Of a stretch of DNA of 64,000 nucleotides, positions 1 to 14,715 are shown piece by piece. Every line of letters starts with the position of its first letter. The first letter of the stretch is position 1. The notes below the pieces were generated by a model. The model was not told the DNA's origin, did no database searches, and saw nothing but the letters and a program-made list of their open reading frames with translations. A program made the position numbers and the translations under genes. The stretch is from Eledone cirrhosa (taxonomy: Eukaryota). The DNA is taken from positions 33,852,001 to 33,916,000 of the forward strand of contig OZ024751.1 in the NCBI GenBank assembly GCA_964016885.1. Direction: 5' to 3'.

Positions 1-208
1 AACCTCCTCCTCCACTCAACTCCTCTCCGTCACCTCCTCCTCCACTCATCTCCTCCTCCTCACCTCCGCCTCCTACTCCTTGGAACATAACTAGAACCAA
101 ACACAACGAATACATATATTATATACATATATGTGTGTGTGTGTGTGTGTGTATGAGTGTGTGTGTGTGTGTGTGAGAGAGTGTGTGTGTGTGTGTGTAT
201 GCGATGTG

Positions 209-248
<40 letters not shown>

Positions 249-583
249 CAGACACATGTTTATATAGTAGGTTTGATTTGAATAACTTAGGCTGAATCAA
301 AGATAAAATATCATAAATCTGTGAAGATTGTATGAATGTGTTGGTGACTATATATATATATATATATATTTGTGTGTGTTTAAACAATCATTGATACGTG
401 AAAAAATGTAGGCTTTGGTGTGTGCATATATTTATGTGTATGTGTGTGTGTGTATGTTTAAACAATCATTCATACGTGAATGTTGCGAAAAGAGGTTATT
501 ATTTTCTTGTTCCTCATCCAAATGTTGCAGAGCAATGCCAAAATGGTAATATAGATAAATATATATATATATATATTTATATA

Positions 584-637
<54 letters not shown>

Positions 638-677
638 CAGATAATACGTACATATACATACATATACATTCACATTC

Positions 678-712
<35 letters not shown>

Positions 713-1208
713 AACATATATGTATATATATATATATATATACATACATATTTGTATATCTATAGAGATAGATAGATAATTTTCTTTTTATTTGCCACAG
801 ATAGATAGATAGAAAGATATATGTTTATATATATGTGTGTGTGTGTGTGTTCGTGTGTGCCTGTGCGTGTCTGTGTCTGGTTTTGTATGTATGTGTGTAT
901 GTGTTCGTGTGTGTTACCATCTAACATTGCAATGATTATGAATACATTAAAGTCACATTTTTTTCCTTTCCTTAAAAGGAATGACATTTAACCTGACCAT
1001 ATTTCTAACAGAAAGCTTGCATTCCATGTGATACATGGGATTAAAATGAATGAGATAGATGGCGCTGTTGTTGTGATGCTGTATAATGATATTAGATGGA
1101 GTATTTCTTGCGGGAAGTATCTGTGAATATTTTCGTCGGTCATAACGGATTTCAGGAGGACTTTTCCACTTTAACGCTTCATGGATAGGTAATCAATCAG
1201 AATCACAT

Positions 1209-1269
<61 letters not shown>

Positions 1270-1408
1270 GAGAGAGGGGGTGGAGGGGCATAGATATACA
1301 CATATAGAAACAGTTGAGTAAGGTGACATTTTACGAGAATGTTTAGAGTACATGCATATATATATATGCACATATATATATATGCATATATGCATATATA
1401 TATATATA

Positions 1409-1482
<74 letters not shown>

Positions 1483-2810
1483 TATATATACATATTGTAT
1501 ATGTGAGAGAGAGAGGTAAAGGTAAAATCCCGACCGCGGCACCAAGCGCTGTCAGCTTTTGTGTTCAGCAAGCCTACATACATACTTCGGCAGTTACATA
1601 TATACATACGTAAATCCAAGCTGACGTCATTGCCCACAGCCAATAAAACTATTTCTTTTTGTTTTAACATTGTTTTATTTATCTTTATAACTCTCCACAT
1701 TACAACGTTTGTAACATACATTACACCCTCCTCCACAATATTGAATACAAGATGAGATCTAAACGAATTTGGAGAATTGGCCAACGTCGTCCCAATAGCC
1801 TCTCTCTCTCTCTCCTTCGCTGTCTCTCTCTATCCCTCCTTCGCTGTCTCTCTCTGGCTTTCTCTCTCTGTTCCAAGATGTCTTTCGGCCGGATTTAATT
1901 GAGAGAATCATATCAGAATGTATTAATTAAACATCCTGATCTCCAGCCTAACCCCGGGTAATATTGTAATTCCAAGGGTAGCGAACTAAAGTTAACTTCC
2001 TTAAGGTTCTTTACAACCTCATCTCTCTCACAACTCTTTCTCCTCCTCTTCTTCTACCTTCTTCTCATCTTTATCTTCTCTTTTTACTCCTGCTATTCCT
2101 ATTCTACCTTTTCCTCCACTTCCACCCCCCCCCCCCCCTCCACACACTTATTTTTAAATCTCTATTTTCTACACCGTGTACCCAAATGACTTTTCATTCT
2201 CATCTGCAAGATGTCAGCTGTCTCCTCAATGCCAATGCAGTCTGGAACATACAAAAGAAGAAAGATCCTTATGTACGATTGATGAGTAGTTTTCAGATCT
2301 AGTATATAAACGTTCGATTGAATCCCTATAGTTATCGGAGCAACATGATATATACCAACTCCTCCCCTTGTGGAGTATGACTGAACATGAATTCTTGGGG
2401 AAAGGACACAGACAAATGGCCGAGATATCTGGAACCCTCTAAATCCTTAAAAATTCTAAAGACTTTAAAGATGAAAGATTGTCGCTGGTTCAAAAATATC
2501 CTCGATTTTTACGAAAAATTAACACTCGTAGAGATTGGAAAATAGGTAAAAATTGACACTTGTAGGGATTGGAAAATAGGGAAGATTAATCCAGTGTTTT
2601 TTGAAAAGATGGAACTCTACCATTCTTAGGAGGTCAAATATTTAAACAACACAATCTACTTGGCTTATTTTTTAGGGTGTTCGCCTCACAATTGTCGGTT
2701 CCATTCGTGGCGGCGTGTTGTGTACTTGAGCGAGACTCTATATTTCAGTCCTATCTGTTCCAGAAAATAAATTGTACATGTCATTAAAATTTCCAGTCTG
2801 TGTCTTGCTG

Positions 2811-2951
2811 AACTTCTGTGAGAAATACGTTAACGGTATATATACGTATACCGTTAACGTATTTCTCACAGAGGTTTACATGGAATCTGGTTAAGTACTC
2901 CATATATATATATATACGTATATATGGAGTACTTAACCAGATTCCATGTAA
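2811..2951. repeat. Two adjacent TA-centred palindromes (2811-2876, 2876-2951)
   Basis: CTGTGAGAAATACGTTAACGG/CCGTTAACGTATTTCTCACAG and TACATGGAATCTGGTTAAGTACTCC/GGAGTACTTAACCAGATTCCATGTA, both centred on TATACGTATA. Confidence 0.95.
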
Positions 2952-2994
2952 TTTTTCCGTGGTTCTAACAACTGGAAAATTCATCGTCAGAAGC
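2931..2994 (-). ncRNA. Degenerate hammerhead-like motif
   Basis: GCTT CTGACGA TG AATTTTCC..GGAAAAATT ACAT GGAA TCTGG TT AAGT; GAAA mutated. Confidence 0.35.
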
Positions 2995-3236
2995 GACGAA
3001 GGACCAACACCCATCCTTATACTAAAGGAATAAAATGGAGTGAAATTTAATGAAATCAAAAATCTCAATATTATTGCTTTTCCTTCCTCTGCCATTTTCA
3101 CACACTCGTTTCCATAACTTCATAATTCATCGGTATACCTCAAGGACAAAATTTAACTTTGAATTAAATTCACTAAAATGATAAATGTAATTCACGAGAA
3201 AACGCATACCATTATTGCTGTTGTTGTTGTTACTAT

Positions 3237-3428
3237 AGATTGGCAGTATCGGTAGATAGTCGGACACCATGCTTTGCAGCATAGAGTTACGGTCCTTTAT
3301 GGTCTGAGTTCAAATCACGCCGAGGTTAACTTTGCCTTTAACCCTTACGAGGTCGATTAAATAAAGTACCAGTAATACACTGGGTAATTGCTGACCTTGT
3401 GCCTAAAGTAGAAACAATTATTATTATT
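3237..3428 (+). mobile_element. SINE, same family (short-tail variant)
   Basis: GAGTTCAAATC..GAGGTTAACTTTGCCTTT..GGTCGATTAAATAAAGTACCAG, (ATT)n tail. Confidence 0.85.
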
Positions 3429-4400
3429 AATGTAATATTCTGCACCCACGGTTTGATATATTTCAGTTTTAAAAGTTCCCGCTTGAGGTTGAAAGCAGTT
3501 TGCTTAAACATTTAATCTGTACTAATAATAGATATTTGTTCTACAGGTTTATATATATATGTGTGTGTGTGTGTGTGTGAAAAGAAACGAATATAAGAGA
3601 CTGCGAGTGAGTCGGAGATATAGATAGAGATAAAGAGGGAGTTAAGAAGAGAAATATAGATAAAGAGAGAGAGCGAGAGAGAGAGAGAGAGAGAGAGAAA
3701 TATCATTAAGAATTGACAGCTAGGTTACCTCCCGCCAAGCTTACATCAATTTATGGCGATGTGACGTCTAGGAAGTCTGTTGCAATATGGCTGCTACATA
3801 ACATTGCGTATGTAGTGGTGATAGTTATGGTGGTAGTTGTGGTGTTGGTAGTTGTGGTGGTAGTTGTGGTGTTGGTTGTTGTGGTGTTGGTAAGTGTGGT
3901 GGTAGTGGGGGGTATTTGTGGTGGTGGTAGTGGTAGTTGTGAATGTAGTTGTGGTGGTGGTAGTGGTAGTTGTGAATGTAGTTGTGGTGGTGGTAGTTAT
4001 GATGGTAGTTGTGGTAGTAGTTATGGTAGTTGTGGTGGTATTTGCGGTGGTGTCGTTGTAGTAGTTGTGATGTTGGTTGTCTTGGTGGTAGTTAAGGTGG
4101 TAGTTGTGGTGGTGTCGTTGTAGTAGATGTGGTGTTGGTGGTGTCCGTATTTCTGTTGTTATTGTTGTTAGCTGTGGTACAGATGTCGCTCCTGGTGGCC
4201 CACCACGAGGAGCGACATCTGGACATGTGACTCTGGTGAATACATTGACGTTTGTGTATGTATAAGTTTCGCTTTGTGTTGGTGTGTATGGCTGTGTGTG
4301 TTGATGTGTATGGCTGTGTATGCGTTTGTTTCTGTCTATGTGCATAAACATAAGCACTCACACATTCATATGTATGTATGTATATACACAATGTATATAT

Positions 4401-4460
<60 letters not shown>

Positions 4461-5343
4461 CCTATGTATATATGTGTTTGTACATACACACATGTATATT
4501 TTCATATACATACATATATATCCATGTTTACATATTCATATGTATAAATATTTCTAAGTATGCATACATTCATTTGTGTATGTAACTATGTAATTATATG
4601 TACACACTATATGTGTGTACTGTGCTTATATAAATGAGTTCGTTTATATATAAATGAAAGTGAATTATGGTCTTTCGGGAGGGACGGTAGTCTGAATTAT
4701 CTGAAAATGTTCTGGATTTCATTCAAAAGTGTAAAATAGTTAATAATCAGTTATTTAGTAGTCCCTAGCGGAACTCCTATGGGAGCTGAAACAACGGTTT
4801 GGCACTAATTATATAGAATCACTCTTATTTAACCTAAGAAGCTGTCATTATGGTTTGGTGCTAACTAGTAGTAGTTAGTGACGTTCTCAAAATTGTCCTT
4901 TTTCTTTCTCGATACTGTTGTTGTTGCTACTGTTGTTGTTGTTACGGTTGTTGTTGCTGTTGTTGTTGCTACTTTTATTGTTGCTACTGTTGTTTTTGTT
5001 ACTGTTGTAGTTGTCTTACTGTTGCATTCTCACTCTCTTTCTTTCACCATTCCTGTCCTAATATTATCTTACTTTCTCACCATTCCTCTCCTAACATTAT
5101 CTCAATCCCTCTCTCACCATCCCTCTCCCAACATTAGCTCTCTCTCTCTCTCTCTCAATGCCTCTCTCATCATTCCTCTCCTAACATTATGTCCAACATG
5201 TCAGATGCAATCCTTTGACCATTGAACCTCATCCAACTTTTTCTTTTCTTCACACATCATTTTCACACCTTTCATTAGTCACACATTCTAGAATTATTAA
5301 GACGTCCTCTTTCTCTCTATCTCTCTCTCCCTCTCTCTCTCTA

Positions 5344-5505
<162 letters not shown>

Positions 5506-5766
5506 CTTTCTGTTTGTCTCTTTGGCTCGGTGTCTCTGGTTGTCTGTCTGCCTGTCTCTATATGACGATTTCATTAACTCTAGAGTATCACTGGTACTAT
5601 ATATATATATATATCCGTTTCTGGAAAATATCATAACAATTTCGTATGAGCTGGATTCGATCAACTGAACTTGGATACAAATAAATATATGAATGCAAAT
5701 AAATACCGCAAGGTAAGATTGTCAGATATTGATAATCCATTTCCAGGTAATTTATGATACTATAAT

Positions 5767-5981
5767 CATGAATTTTAATTTAGACACGAGGCCAAACAAT
5801 TTGGCGGGTAGGGAGGGGCAAGACAATTACACCGATCTCGACCCCAGTACATGGCTGGTATTTTATTTCATCCAGTCGAGAACGATGAAAGAGGTTTGAA
5901 GTCAGACAGAAGAAAGTCGTAACTAAATACTTCAAAGCACTTTCTCCGGTGATCTACCGACCCCGCCAATTCATCACCTTA
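5767..5981 (-). mobile_element. SINE, same family, diverged
   Basis: Reverse-complement match; 14-bp TSD TATGATACTATAAT 5753-5766 / 5982-5995. Confidence 0.75.
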
Positions 5982-6695
5982 TATGATACTATAATAATAA
6001 AATAAGGTTTACTGAACACAAACATTGAGATAATCCTACATCCATTAACCTTTTCGTATTCTCTCAATTATCAGGAAGATGACATCCCATTATATTGTAG
6101 AGAGAACTATTAATATTTGAACAACGAAATTGATACACATTCACAGTTAAACTTTCATATATATTTATAATATATTTGTATAATGTAAGTATATATAAAC
6201 CATGTTTACTATGTGTTGTGGTTATGGTTATATACACCTACTCCTCTTATATCAACACAACAATGGGTAAAGCTTCTCTGATATTTCAAATTATCTGCAA
6301 TATGTTAAACTTCATTAAGAACAAAAGGGTAGGGGGATGGGCTTCATTAAAGATGTTATAGGCGAATATAATGAAGGATAAATATGAAATATATATGGAA
6401 ACACAAAAGTGCTAACATGAATTTAAAATAAATAAACTTGAATTAATGAACTAACGTATCAAAAGCAGTATAAAGCATCATATATTCTAACGGGTTAAAT
6501 AGGGGTTTTAGTATTTATAATAATGATAATAACAATAATCCGTATTATTATTATTTTATTATTAATTAGATATCAGATATATATATATGTATACATATGC
6601 ATGTATATATATTTATATATATATATACATATATATATATGTATGTATGCGTATATATATATATATATATATAATATATATATATATATGTATGC

Positions 6696-6775
<80 letters not shown>

Positions 6776-7222
6776 AGAGAGAATACGATGTGCATTATAA
6801 ATGCATGTATTTCCTAATATAGAGTGAAATAAACCTTAGACAATATAAAATAATCATAAATAAAAATAATTTTTAAATATTAGAATTAGGGGGAATAATC
6901 AAGTGAACATTGAAAACTTTCTCGGTTATTGTTGTTGTTGTCGGTGGTGTTGTTGTTGTGGTGGTGGTAGTGTTGATGTTGTTGTTTATGTTGTTCTTGT
7001 TGATGTTTGTAGCACCATTATAAACGTATGAAAGGAAAACTAATTGATTTGTGATAGGGAAGGACGAAGTAAAGAGCAACAGTAAAAATACTATTCATGT
7101 TTAATAAAGTAAAAGAAGCAACTAAACTACGTAAATAACCTCTTTCTATATATATACATACATTTATCTATATATCTACATCTATCTGTCTATCTCTGTC
7201 TCTCTTTCTATGTATACATCCA

Positions 7223-7268
<46 letters not shown>

Positions 7269-7528
7269 CCTCTCTCTCTCTCTCTCTCACTCTCTCTCCC
7301 TCTCTTATATATATAAACGGAACTCAAAGTAGGAGAAGTGATGTAAATGATATATTATAAATGCTTTATTTTTCTCCAAAATTTACGAATCCATCATTTT
7401 CAAAGAGAAATGGAAATTAAATACTTCTGATGTTTTTATTTCACTTTCAAATATTTCCGACAAATTTCATACCGGATATTATAATTATAATGAATAATAT
7501 TTATTAGTGTTATTATTGAAGATGAGTA

Positions 7529-7744
7529 AGGGTGGTGGATTGGCGGTAACCGGTAGCGCGTTGGACATCCTGCTTTGCAGCATTGAGTTATGGCCCTTTA
7601 CATTCTGAGTTCAGATCCGGTGGGGTTAGCTTTGCCTTTCATCCTTAAGGGGTCGATAAAATCAAATACCAGTCATGCGCTGGAGTTGATTTAATCGGAT
7701 TTCCCTCCCTCCAAAATTGCTGGCCTCGTGCCTAAATCAGAAAC
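7529..7744 (+). mobile_element. tRNA-derived SINE with Nin/Deu-like core
   Basis: A-box-like TGGCGGTAACCGG, B-box-like GAGTTCAGATCC, core GCCTTTCATCCTTAAGGGGTCGATAAAAT; 20-bp TSD 7511-7530 / 7745-7764. Confidence 0.85.
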
Positions 7745-8164
7745 TATTATTGAAGATGTGTAAGATTGCCGAGGGTGTCGCAGCAGCATAAATCTATTCT
7801 GGTTATGCTTTTGTATGCAAGAGAAGAGAATACAGGGGGTGGGGCTGTTATAGAATTGATTATGATCGGAGTTCGTTAATCTCTGGCTCAAAACATAACT
7901 CGAAGTTGATTTTGAATTAATTTAATGCTCTGACTTTCGTTGATCTAGGCTTTAACGTTAGTATTACTTATAAACTGAACAATGTTCTTCCAGACAGGGC
8001 AAATACCGTTTGAGTAAGTTGATTGAAATTTTGTGAATAATCTGCTAAATTACATTTTGAGTTGTATGTCCTAAAATATAGAAGATCAAGACTATATCGT
8101 TCCATAATTTATGTCAGTAAGGATATTTGGATATTCCACGAAGCAATTCGTGTTGCTTCAATAT

Positions 8165-8435
8165 AACAGAATAATAGAATGATTTATATAGAATATAATG
8201 TTTGAATAGAATATAATTTTAGGATGCATTTGAATAGAATATATTGTTAGAATAGATTTGAATATAATAGAAAAGTAGAATGGCTTCACATAGAATATAA
8301 TGATAGAATTGCTTCGAATAGATTAGGATTTTAGAATAGATCAGATTTTTAGAATGGCTTTGATAATATCGAAAGTTACAATGGCTTCAATAGAATAGAA
8401 AGGTAAGAATTACTGTTATTGTAATAGAATATTAA
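8165..8435. repeat. Decayed TAGAA-based satellite
   Basis: Recurrent TAGAAT/GAATAGAA at 10-25-bp spacing. Confidence 0.6.
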
Positions 8436-8625
8436 ATTGGTAGAGTCTACTAACTTGATGGACTGTACCAATATATTTTACAATTTATTTTTATCAAAAT
8501 TCACTCGCAAGGCATTGGTAGAAGGGTGGAATGTGAAGATATCGTACGGTAGAAGCGAGGCACACAAACCATATTGCTACGAAACAAACTTTTATCCAAG
8601 CAGTGAATGTATATATGCGTGTGTA

Positions 8626-8690
<65 letters not shown>

Positions 8691-9139
8691 TGTGTGCCTA
8701 TCGGTAATGAATTAGACGCGGATAGAATATTGGAGAAGAGGGAATATTCAATTAAATGATCACAGGGTCGATTAGCTACATCAATCTCAATCAGATAGAC
8801 TCATAATAATCCGTGTGACAGATTAACAGAAGTGATTGAATTACTATCAATTATCACTGATCTCCTTACTATATAAATCCTAATCCTTTCTCTTCCAGCA
8901 TAGGGACGACTTATACGTGGTTGTTGAAGCAGCCTGCTAGAAATGACAGACAAATACGCCTCATATAACACTCTGTTATCTTAACATAAAAGCGAAGTTA
9001 CTGAATGATATAATTCTAGATATCATATATGAAAATAGATGGTGGCATTGGTCGTCATTGGAATGTCAAGGTTAACAAAAGAAACAACAGCATCAACCAC
9101 AATAAATCCCACAATAACGACTAAAATGACGACGATAGT

Positions 9140-9720
9140 TTGTAGGAGATATTAAGAACAAATGAGTATTTCCGAAGGGAGACGCTTTCACCATTACTGT
9201 TAGTCCTTGCTTTGATTCCATTAACCTTAGTTCTCAGAAAGGCAAAGTCTCACTACAAGTTTCAAATGGTGAGATGATAAATTACTTGACTTTACAGATG
9301 GTCTGAAACTGTTTGCTAAAAGTAAGAAGGACACTAAACTCATTAGTCCGAAACGGTAAGAGTAGTGAGCAAATATATAGCAATGCAATCTGAAATAAAT
9401 AAATTGTGAAATATTATTACTTAGTGAGAGAAAATAACATCTGATGGTATAAAAGTATATGATGACAGGAGTGATCAAAGTGATGGGAGAATGTGAAAGA
9501 TAAAAGTACCTGAGTGTTTAAGAGGCGGGCAAAATACTTTGTAAAGAGATAAAAGACAGGAAATAATATTTTCGAAGAGTAGAGTATATATTGATTTCTA
9601 ACCTAATTGTGGTAAAGTATGACAGCAATTAACCACTGGGTAATATCAATATAGAGTTACTCAGTTGTATTTCTGCAGAAGAGGACAACTTATATATATT
9701 GATAAAATGGCACAGCAATT
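9140..9720 (+). pseudogene. Degenerate R4/Dong RT fragment
   Basis: Broken frames give LSPLLLVLALIPLTLVLRKAK, FTDGLKLFAKSK, YFRRVEYIL and TAINHWVISI, all homologous to the family A RT. Confidence 0.75.
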
Positions 9721-10471
9721 ATTGAGCTTTTTCTCATACATGGGTGGCACAAATACGACATTTTAGTCATTTCAAAGACTTAGATTCCTTTCTGTATGTT
9801 CAGCGGCAAAAGAATAACGAACCGACCATGCTCTCACAGCACACCTGAAAGTCGTTTAGATCAAGTGATACCTATGATTGTAACTTTAGGCCTTGTACTG
9901 GACCAACCCACTCTCTGAACAATGGTGACCCTCAAAGACGAACAAGTCAACATCATTGGGCTACCTCCGCGTCGCTTGTTTGAAATCAGTTTTTATTTTA
10001 CTCGAATGATATCAAAAAGAATCATGTACCTCTCAATCCCGGTGGACTAACTGCGTAGTCTGGAACCGAACTGAGTGTTTCCATGTCAACGAATACATAC
10101 ATACATCAATACAAACACATATATATATTTATATACGGCTATATATTTATTAGAATGAGGCTTGTTAGAAAAAGAAAAGAGAATGCCAGTGTATCTGGCC
10201 TTCGTCCTTCATTACTCAGAAGGAGAAAGAGGAAGTAGATAAAGAAAAACGTGTTTATCAGGATGGTTGAAGTTGGTGGGTAAATAGTGTGGTGTGCGGG
10301 GAGGATACCGAGGTAATGCCAGAACATTCCTATCATTGCTACTGATATCTGGATGCCAATGAGGTGTATTTTGAGCGTATCTCTACTGTTTTTGTTTGTG
10401 TGTGTATTTATACATACTTATATATATAAGTATATATGTATGTACACACACAAACACAGACACACACATAG

Positions 10472-10530
<59 letters not shown>

Positions 10531-11803
10531 TGTCTAACTTGATGCAATCTCTCAGCTGAAACTAAGATTTTTTGGTAATCTAGCAGTAAATTGAATCAAA
10601 TTTATTCGGCTTTACTGAGGAATGGCGGTCAAACAGAGAAGGAGAAACACTCCTACGCTACCACTATACCCACTACATCGACCAGTGTAACACCACCACC
10701 ATCACTACCACCAGCACCACCACTACCACCATCACCACCCACTACCATCACCACTTACCACCACCACTACAACCATCACTACCACCATCACCATCACCAC
10801 CACCACCATCACCACTACCACCACCACTACCACCACCATCATTACCACTACCACCAGCACCACCACTACCACCACCACTACCACCACCATCACCACCACT
10901 ACCACTACTACTACCACCACCATCACCACCACCAGCACCATCACTACCACCACCACTACCACCACACCATCACTACCACCAGCACCACCACTACCACCAC
11001 CATCACCACCACCATCACCACCACTACCACTACCACTACCATAACCAGGAAATAATCGTACTACTACTACCGCCAATACACAACCTGTACACCACTACAG
11101 GTTCACAACCACCAACAACAGCAACACAACTGTAGCCTCACAACACCAGCATCACAACAAAATTCCCACTTCCGCTAAATAACCAATACCACAATACCAT
11201 CGATACTACATCTACATTTGCCACCACCACCACATCTTCCATCACCACCAACACCACCACCATAAACTCCAGCAGCCTCACACTACCACCACCATCCCAT
11301 ATACTACCACCGCTACTATAACCACCACTAAACCAGCCCCACTACAACCATCACTTTCTCTCTATCGAACTATAAACGCAGTTCGTTCATCTTCGTTTCT
11401 CTCCGTTCCATACCAAAGATAAATGCTATTTTTTTGTTCATTTTCTACAAAGAACACTCAGAATTAAATTTCACGATTCAGTGAGATGACCAATGATGAT
11501 GATGATGATAACAATAATAATAATAACAATCTTAGTTCGTTTTTGAGTATCTAATCTATAACGACTTTATTGGACTAGACCGAAGGCCAAGGTGTTTTTT
11601 TATTCATGAGTGGGAAAAGGGGATATATATAGAGAGGGGGGGGGGGGTTAAAAACAATCACGAAAGGAATAAGAGAGACGAATGTTGTTGGTGATTATGA
11701 TGATTAATATCGTGATAATGATGATTAGGATTGTAATTCTGATGCAGTATACCGTTACTTTAATGGGTATCTAATACAATTCAATTCCACCAAGCTTAAA
11801 GAG

Positions 11804-12077
11804 CAACGTCCCTTCATGGCAACCCCACATTTAATTCAAGATCTCCACAGTAAGACCCTTCATGGTAACCCAACATGTAATTAGAGATCTGCACAGTAAC
11901 GTTCACCCCACATGTAATTAGAGATCTGCGCAGCAACGTCCCTTCATGGTAACCCCACATTTAATTAGAGATCTGCCCAGTAACATCCCTTCAAGGTAAT
12001 CCCACATTTAATTAGAGATCTGCACAGCAATGTCCTCTCGGGGTAACCCCACGTGTAATTATAGATCTGCCCAGCAA
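11804..12077. repeat. ~47-bp minisatellite, 6 copies
   Basis: CAACGTCCCTTCATGGTAACCCCACATTTAATTAGAGATCTGCACAG. Confidence 0.9.
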
Positions 12078-13552
12078 TGAATGCAACTACTATAATGAAA
12101 TGCAATGAATGTTAGAGAGGAAATTGTTGGCTTACGATATGTGAATGGCAGTGAAACATTTTCCATAACGAAGCTTATTGATATTGTTATGGTTTAGCTG
12201 TAGATTAAACATGATCTAACAGACATGCCTATCATCAAAAGCCCTTCCAGCTTTGTCTATCCTGCCTGTTATTCACAAATAGATTACCCAGATCGACTTC
12301 ATCTAATATCTTCTTCCAGTTCTTATTTTCTTTTTAAATTAAAGATAATTATTATAACCGCGACGATTGTGGTGATGATCCTGATAGAATATGCTGTCAC
12401 TCTCATAAGTATCAGTTTAAATTCTGGGAGGGATTTGGTTGTTATTTCTAACATATTATATGACCGTATCGAGATTCTCATGTTGTATAGCATATGGTAA
12501 AGGTTTCACTGGATGTAGTAATCAATATTTACAAACTGGTATAGAATCATCTGTTAACGAAGCAAGAACACAGTTTAGATTATTCAGTTCGGCATAGAAC
12601 ATGTATGCATGTGATACATGTATGTATGTTATGTATGTATGTTATATATGTATGTATGTAAGTATGCATGTATGTATACTATGTACGTATGTTATGTATG
12701 TATATATGTTATGTATTTATGTATGTATGTTATATATGTATGTATGTTATGTATGTATGTGTGTGTATATACTTCAGTATGTGTGATAAACAGATTTAAT
12801 TACAGACTTATTAGAACCAGGCTTGTAGGAAAAGGCAAGGGAATGCCACAACGTGTAGAGTGAAAGAATGGTATGAAGGAGAGTGGCAGCTATGGAGAAT
12901 CTCTTTATAGAAGACAAGAACACAAGAGAGTTGTTGGTTTAGTTGTCCATACGCCGTTCATTGGTTCAAGGCCATTTTACTAACTGCTTGTTCATCAATA
13001 TATCGGCATTATCGGCAAAAATGAGCAGAAAACGGAAGGTGTTTTTATGGAATTATTTGCGTATTATAAATTCATTGATTCTGTGTGTCTAGCAGAGAAA
13101 TAAAGACTGGAGTAGCGAAATGTCAGGCTAGCCTAAATAGATATTGAATATACTACGGCAGCAGATTTTTACACAAGACCAGATACCGAATAAATAATAT
13201 CACATGAATGTAAATATTTCCAGAAACATGAGGTGAATTAATTAGGAAGTGTAATAGAGAGCAGCCTAGAACTCTAGGTGAACGGGTTGATCTCAGATAT
13301 GTGGGGTTCCTAAATTTCCCAAGGGTGATGTCCGCACCCCTACTGGGTAATTATGTTGACTTTATTATTTGTTAGTTGTATTCTGTTCTCTGTTTACTGT
13401 ATTTAAATCTCCGCTATTTATTGTATTCTACTCAAGGTTGTCAACCCGAGTGGCTAATGAAGAAATTGTTTTATATTAATGACTTAGCAACTATTATCGT
13501 GATGTCTGACAATTATGTGATGGTGATGATGATGGTATGTCTGACAGTTATC

Positions 13553-13595
<43 letters not shown>

Positions 13596-13751
13596 GTTGA
13601 TGATGATGGTATGTCTGACAGAGATGTTTTAATGTGTAATATAATGTGTGAAACTATTGAGAAGTGGATTATTATGATTATCTTGGCTGTGGTGGTGATG
13701 GAGGAGGTGATGGACTTTGTCATGGATAATGGTGTTGATGATGATGATGAG

Positions 13752-13868
<117 letters not shown>

Positions 13869-14522
13869 GTACATATATCTACATACATGCATTCGTGTAC
13901 TTTTAATTTTTAGTATTTTTATCCATTTGTATGAGTGGTCTTGAACAGGAAGCTGACAATTGCTGTACTGAATCCTATTGAAATAAAGAGTTTGAGAGAA
14001 AGTTATTTCTATTAACAACTAACCATCTTCATTAATAAGAGATGGACGTTTTCGGAAGATGTACTGGACAGAATGGCATGCACTTGACAATAATAGAATT
14101 ACGAAAGAAAAGTTGATAACATCATCGTTAGCAAATGTTCATTAGATCTGATACACGACGAAAACCCGTTGGGACATGAAAAACCCTCATTAATTATAGC
14201 TTTACACAGAAATTGTACAGCAAAGATTCCTAGTATTTCTGGTGTGCTGTGTTAGTCTAAAGAAGACCCCGTTGACAAGTGAATCTCTGGAAAGAATTTA
14301 GGATAATTGGAGAAAATAAATGAAATTATTGAAGCTAAACCTGTAGAATTCTCTTACTACTTTAGATTCTCATAAAGATGAAACCTTGTGAAAGAACGGC
14401 AGTAGTGTACTTGGATAATTACCCTGTAATATAGTAATGTTTTCTAAGAAGTAGCGAGATTGGCAGTATTGATATAGTGGTGATGGCTTCGGTGTAATTA
14501 TGGTCTAAATCACAAACACTTT

Positions 14523-14715
14523 GCTAGCCCGACTGGTTACGGTGTTCGGCTAACGATTGTAAGGTTGCAGGTTTGAATCCCAGACCAGCTCAGGCGTCGT
14601 TGTCTTTGAGCAACGTTCTTTGATAGGTCAGTGACACTTCCGTAAGATGTCACGTTGTGGGATTGAACCGAGGAGCTTATGAATGCAAATCGAACTTCTT
14701 AACCAAACGATCATG
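14523..14715. mobile_element. Two converging tRNA-like SINE heads of another family (related relics at 2670-2745, 8490-8600, 32780-32945, 33300-33540)
   Basis: GGTTTGAATCCC B-box followed by GTTGTCTTTGAGCAA on +; GGTTCAATCCC on -. Confidence 0.5.

Noticed and set aside
1010-1205. Possible mariner catalytic relic (VILIDYL, HHNNS)
   Set aside because: Too few residues; similarly weak pogo-like (13910-14420) and piggyBac-like (34000-34620) hints were not called.
2160-2275. Possible minus-strand exon (polypyrimidine tract + TTCCAG acceptor at 2242)
   Set aside because: The peptide is unrecognisable, there is no clear donor or partner exon, and RNA-seq would be needed.
9925-9992. Further hammerhead-like fragments (also 4760-4806, 25720-25768, 28043-28070, 34615-34650, 54440-54470)
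   Set aside because: The core or two stems are missing; not distinguishable from chance.
12824-13344. Possible solo LTR (TGTAGG..CCTAC)
   Set aside because: No terminal CA, TSD, PBS or PPT.
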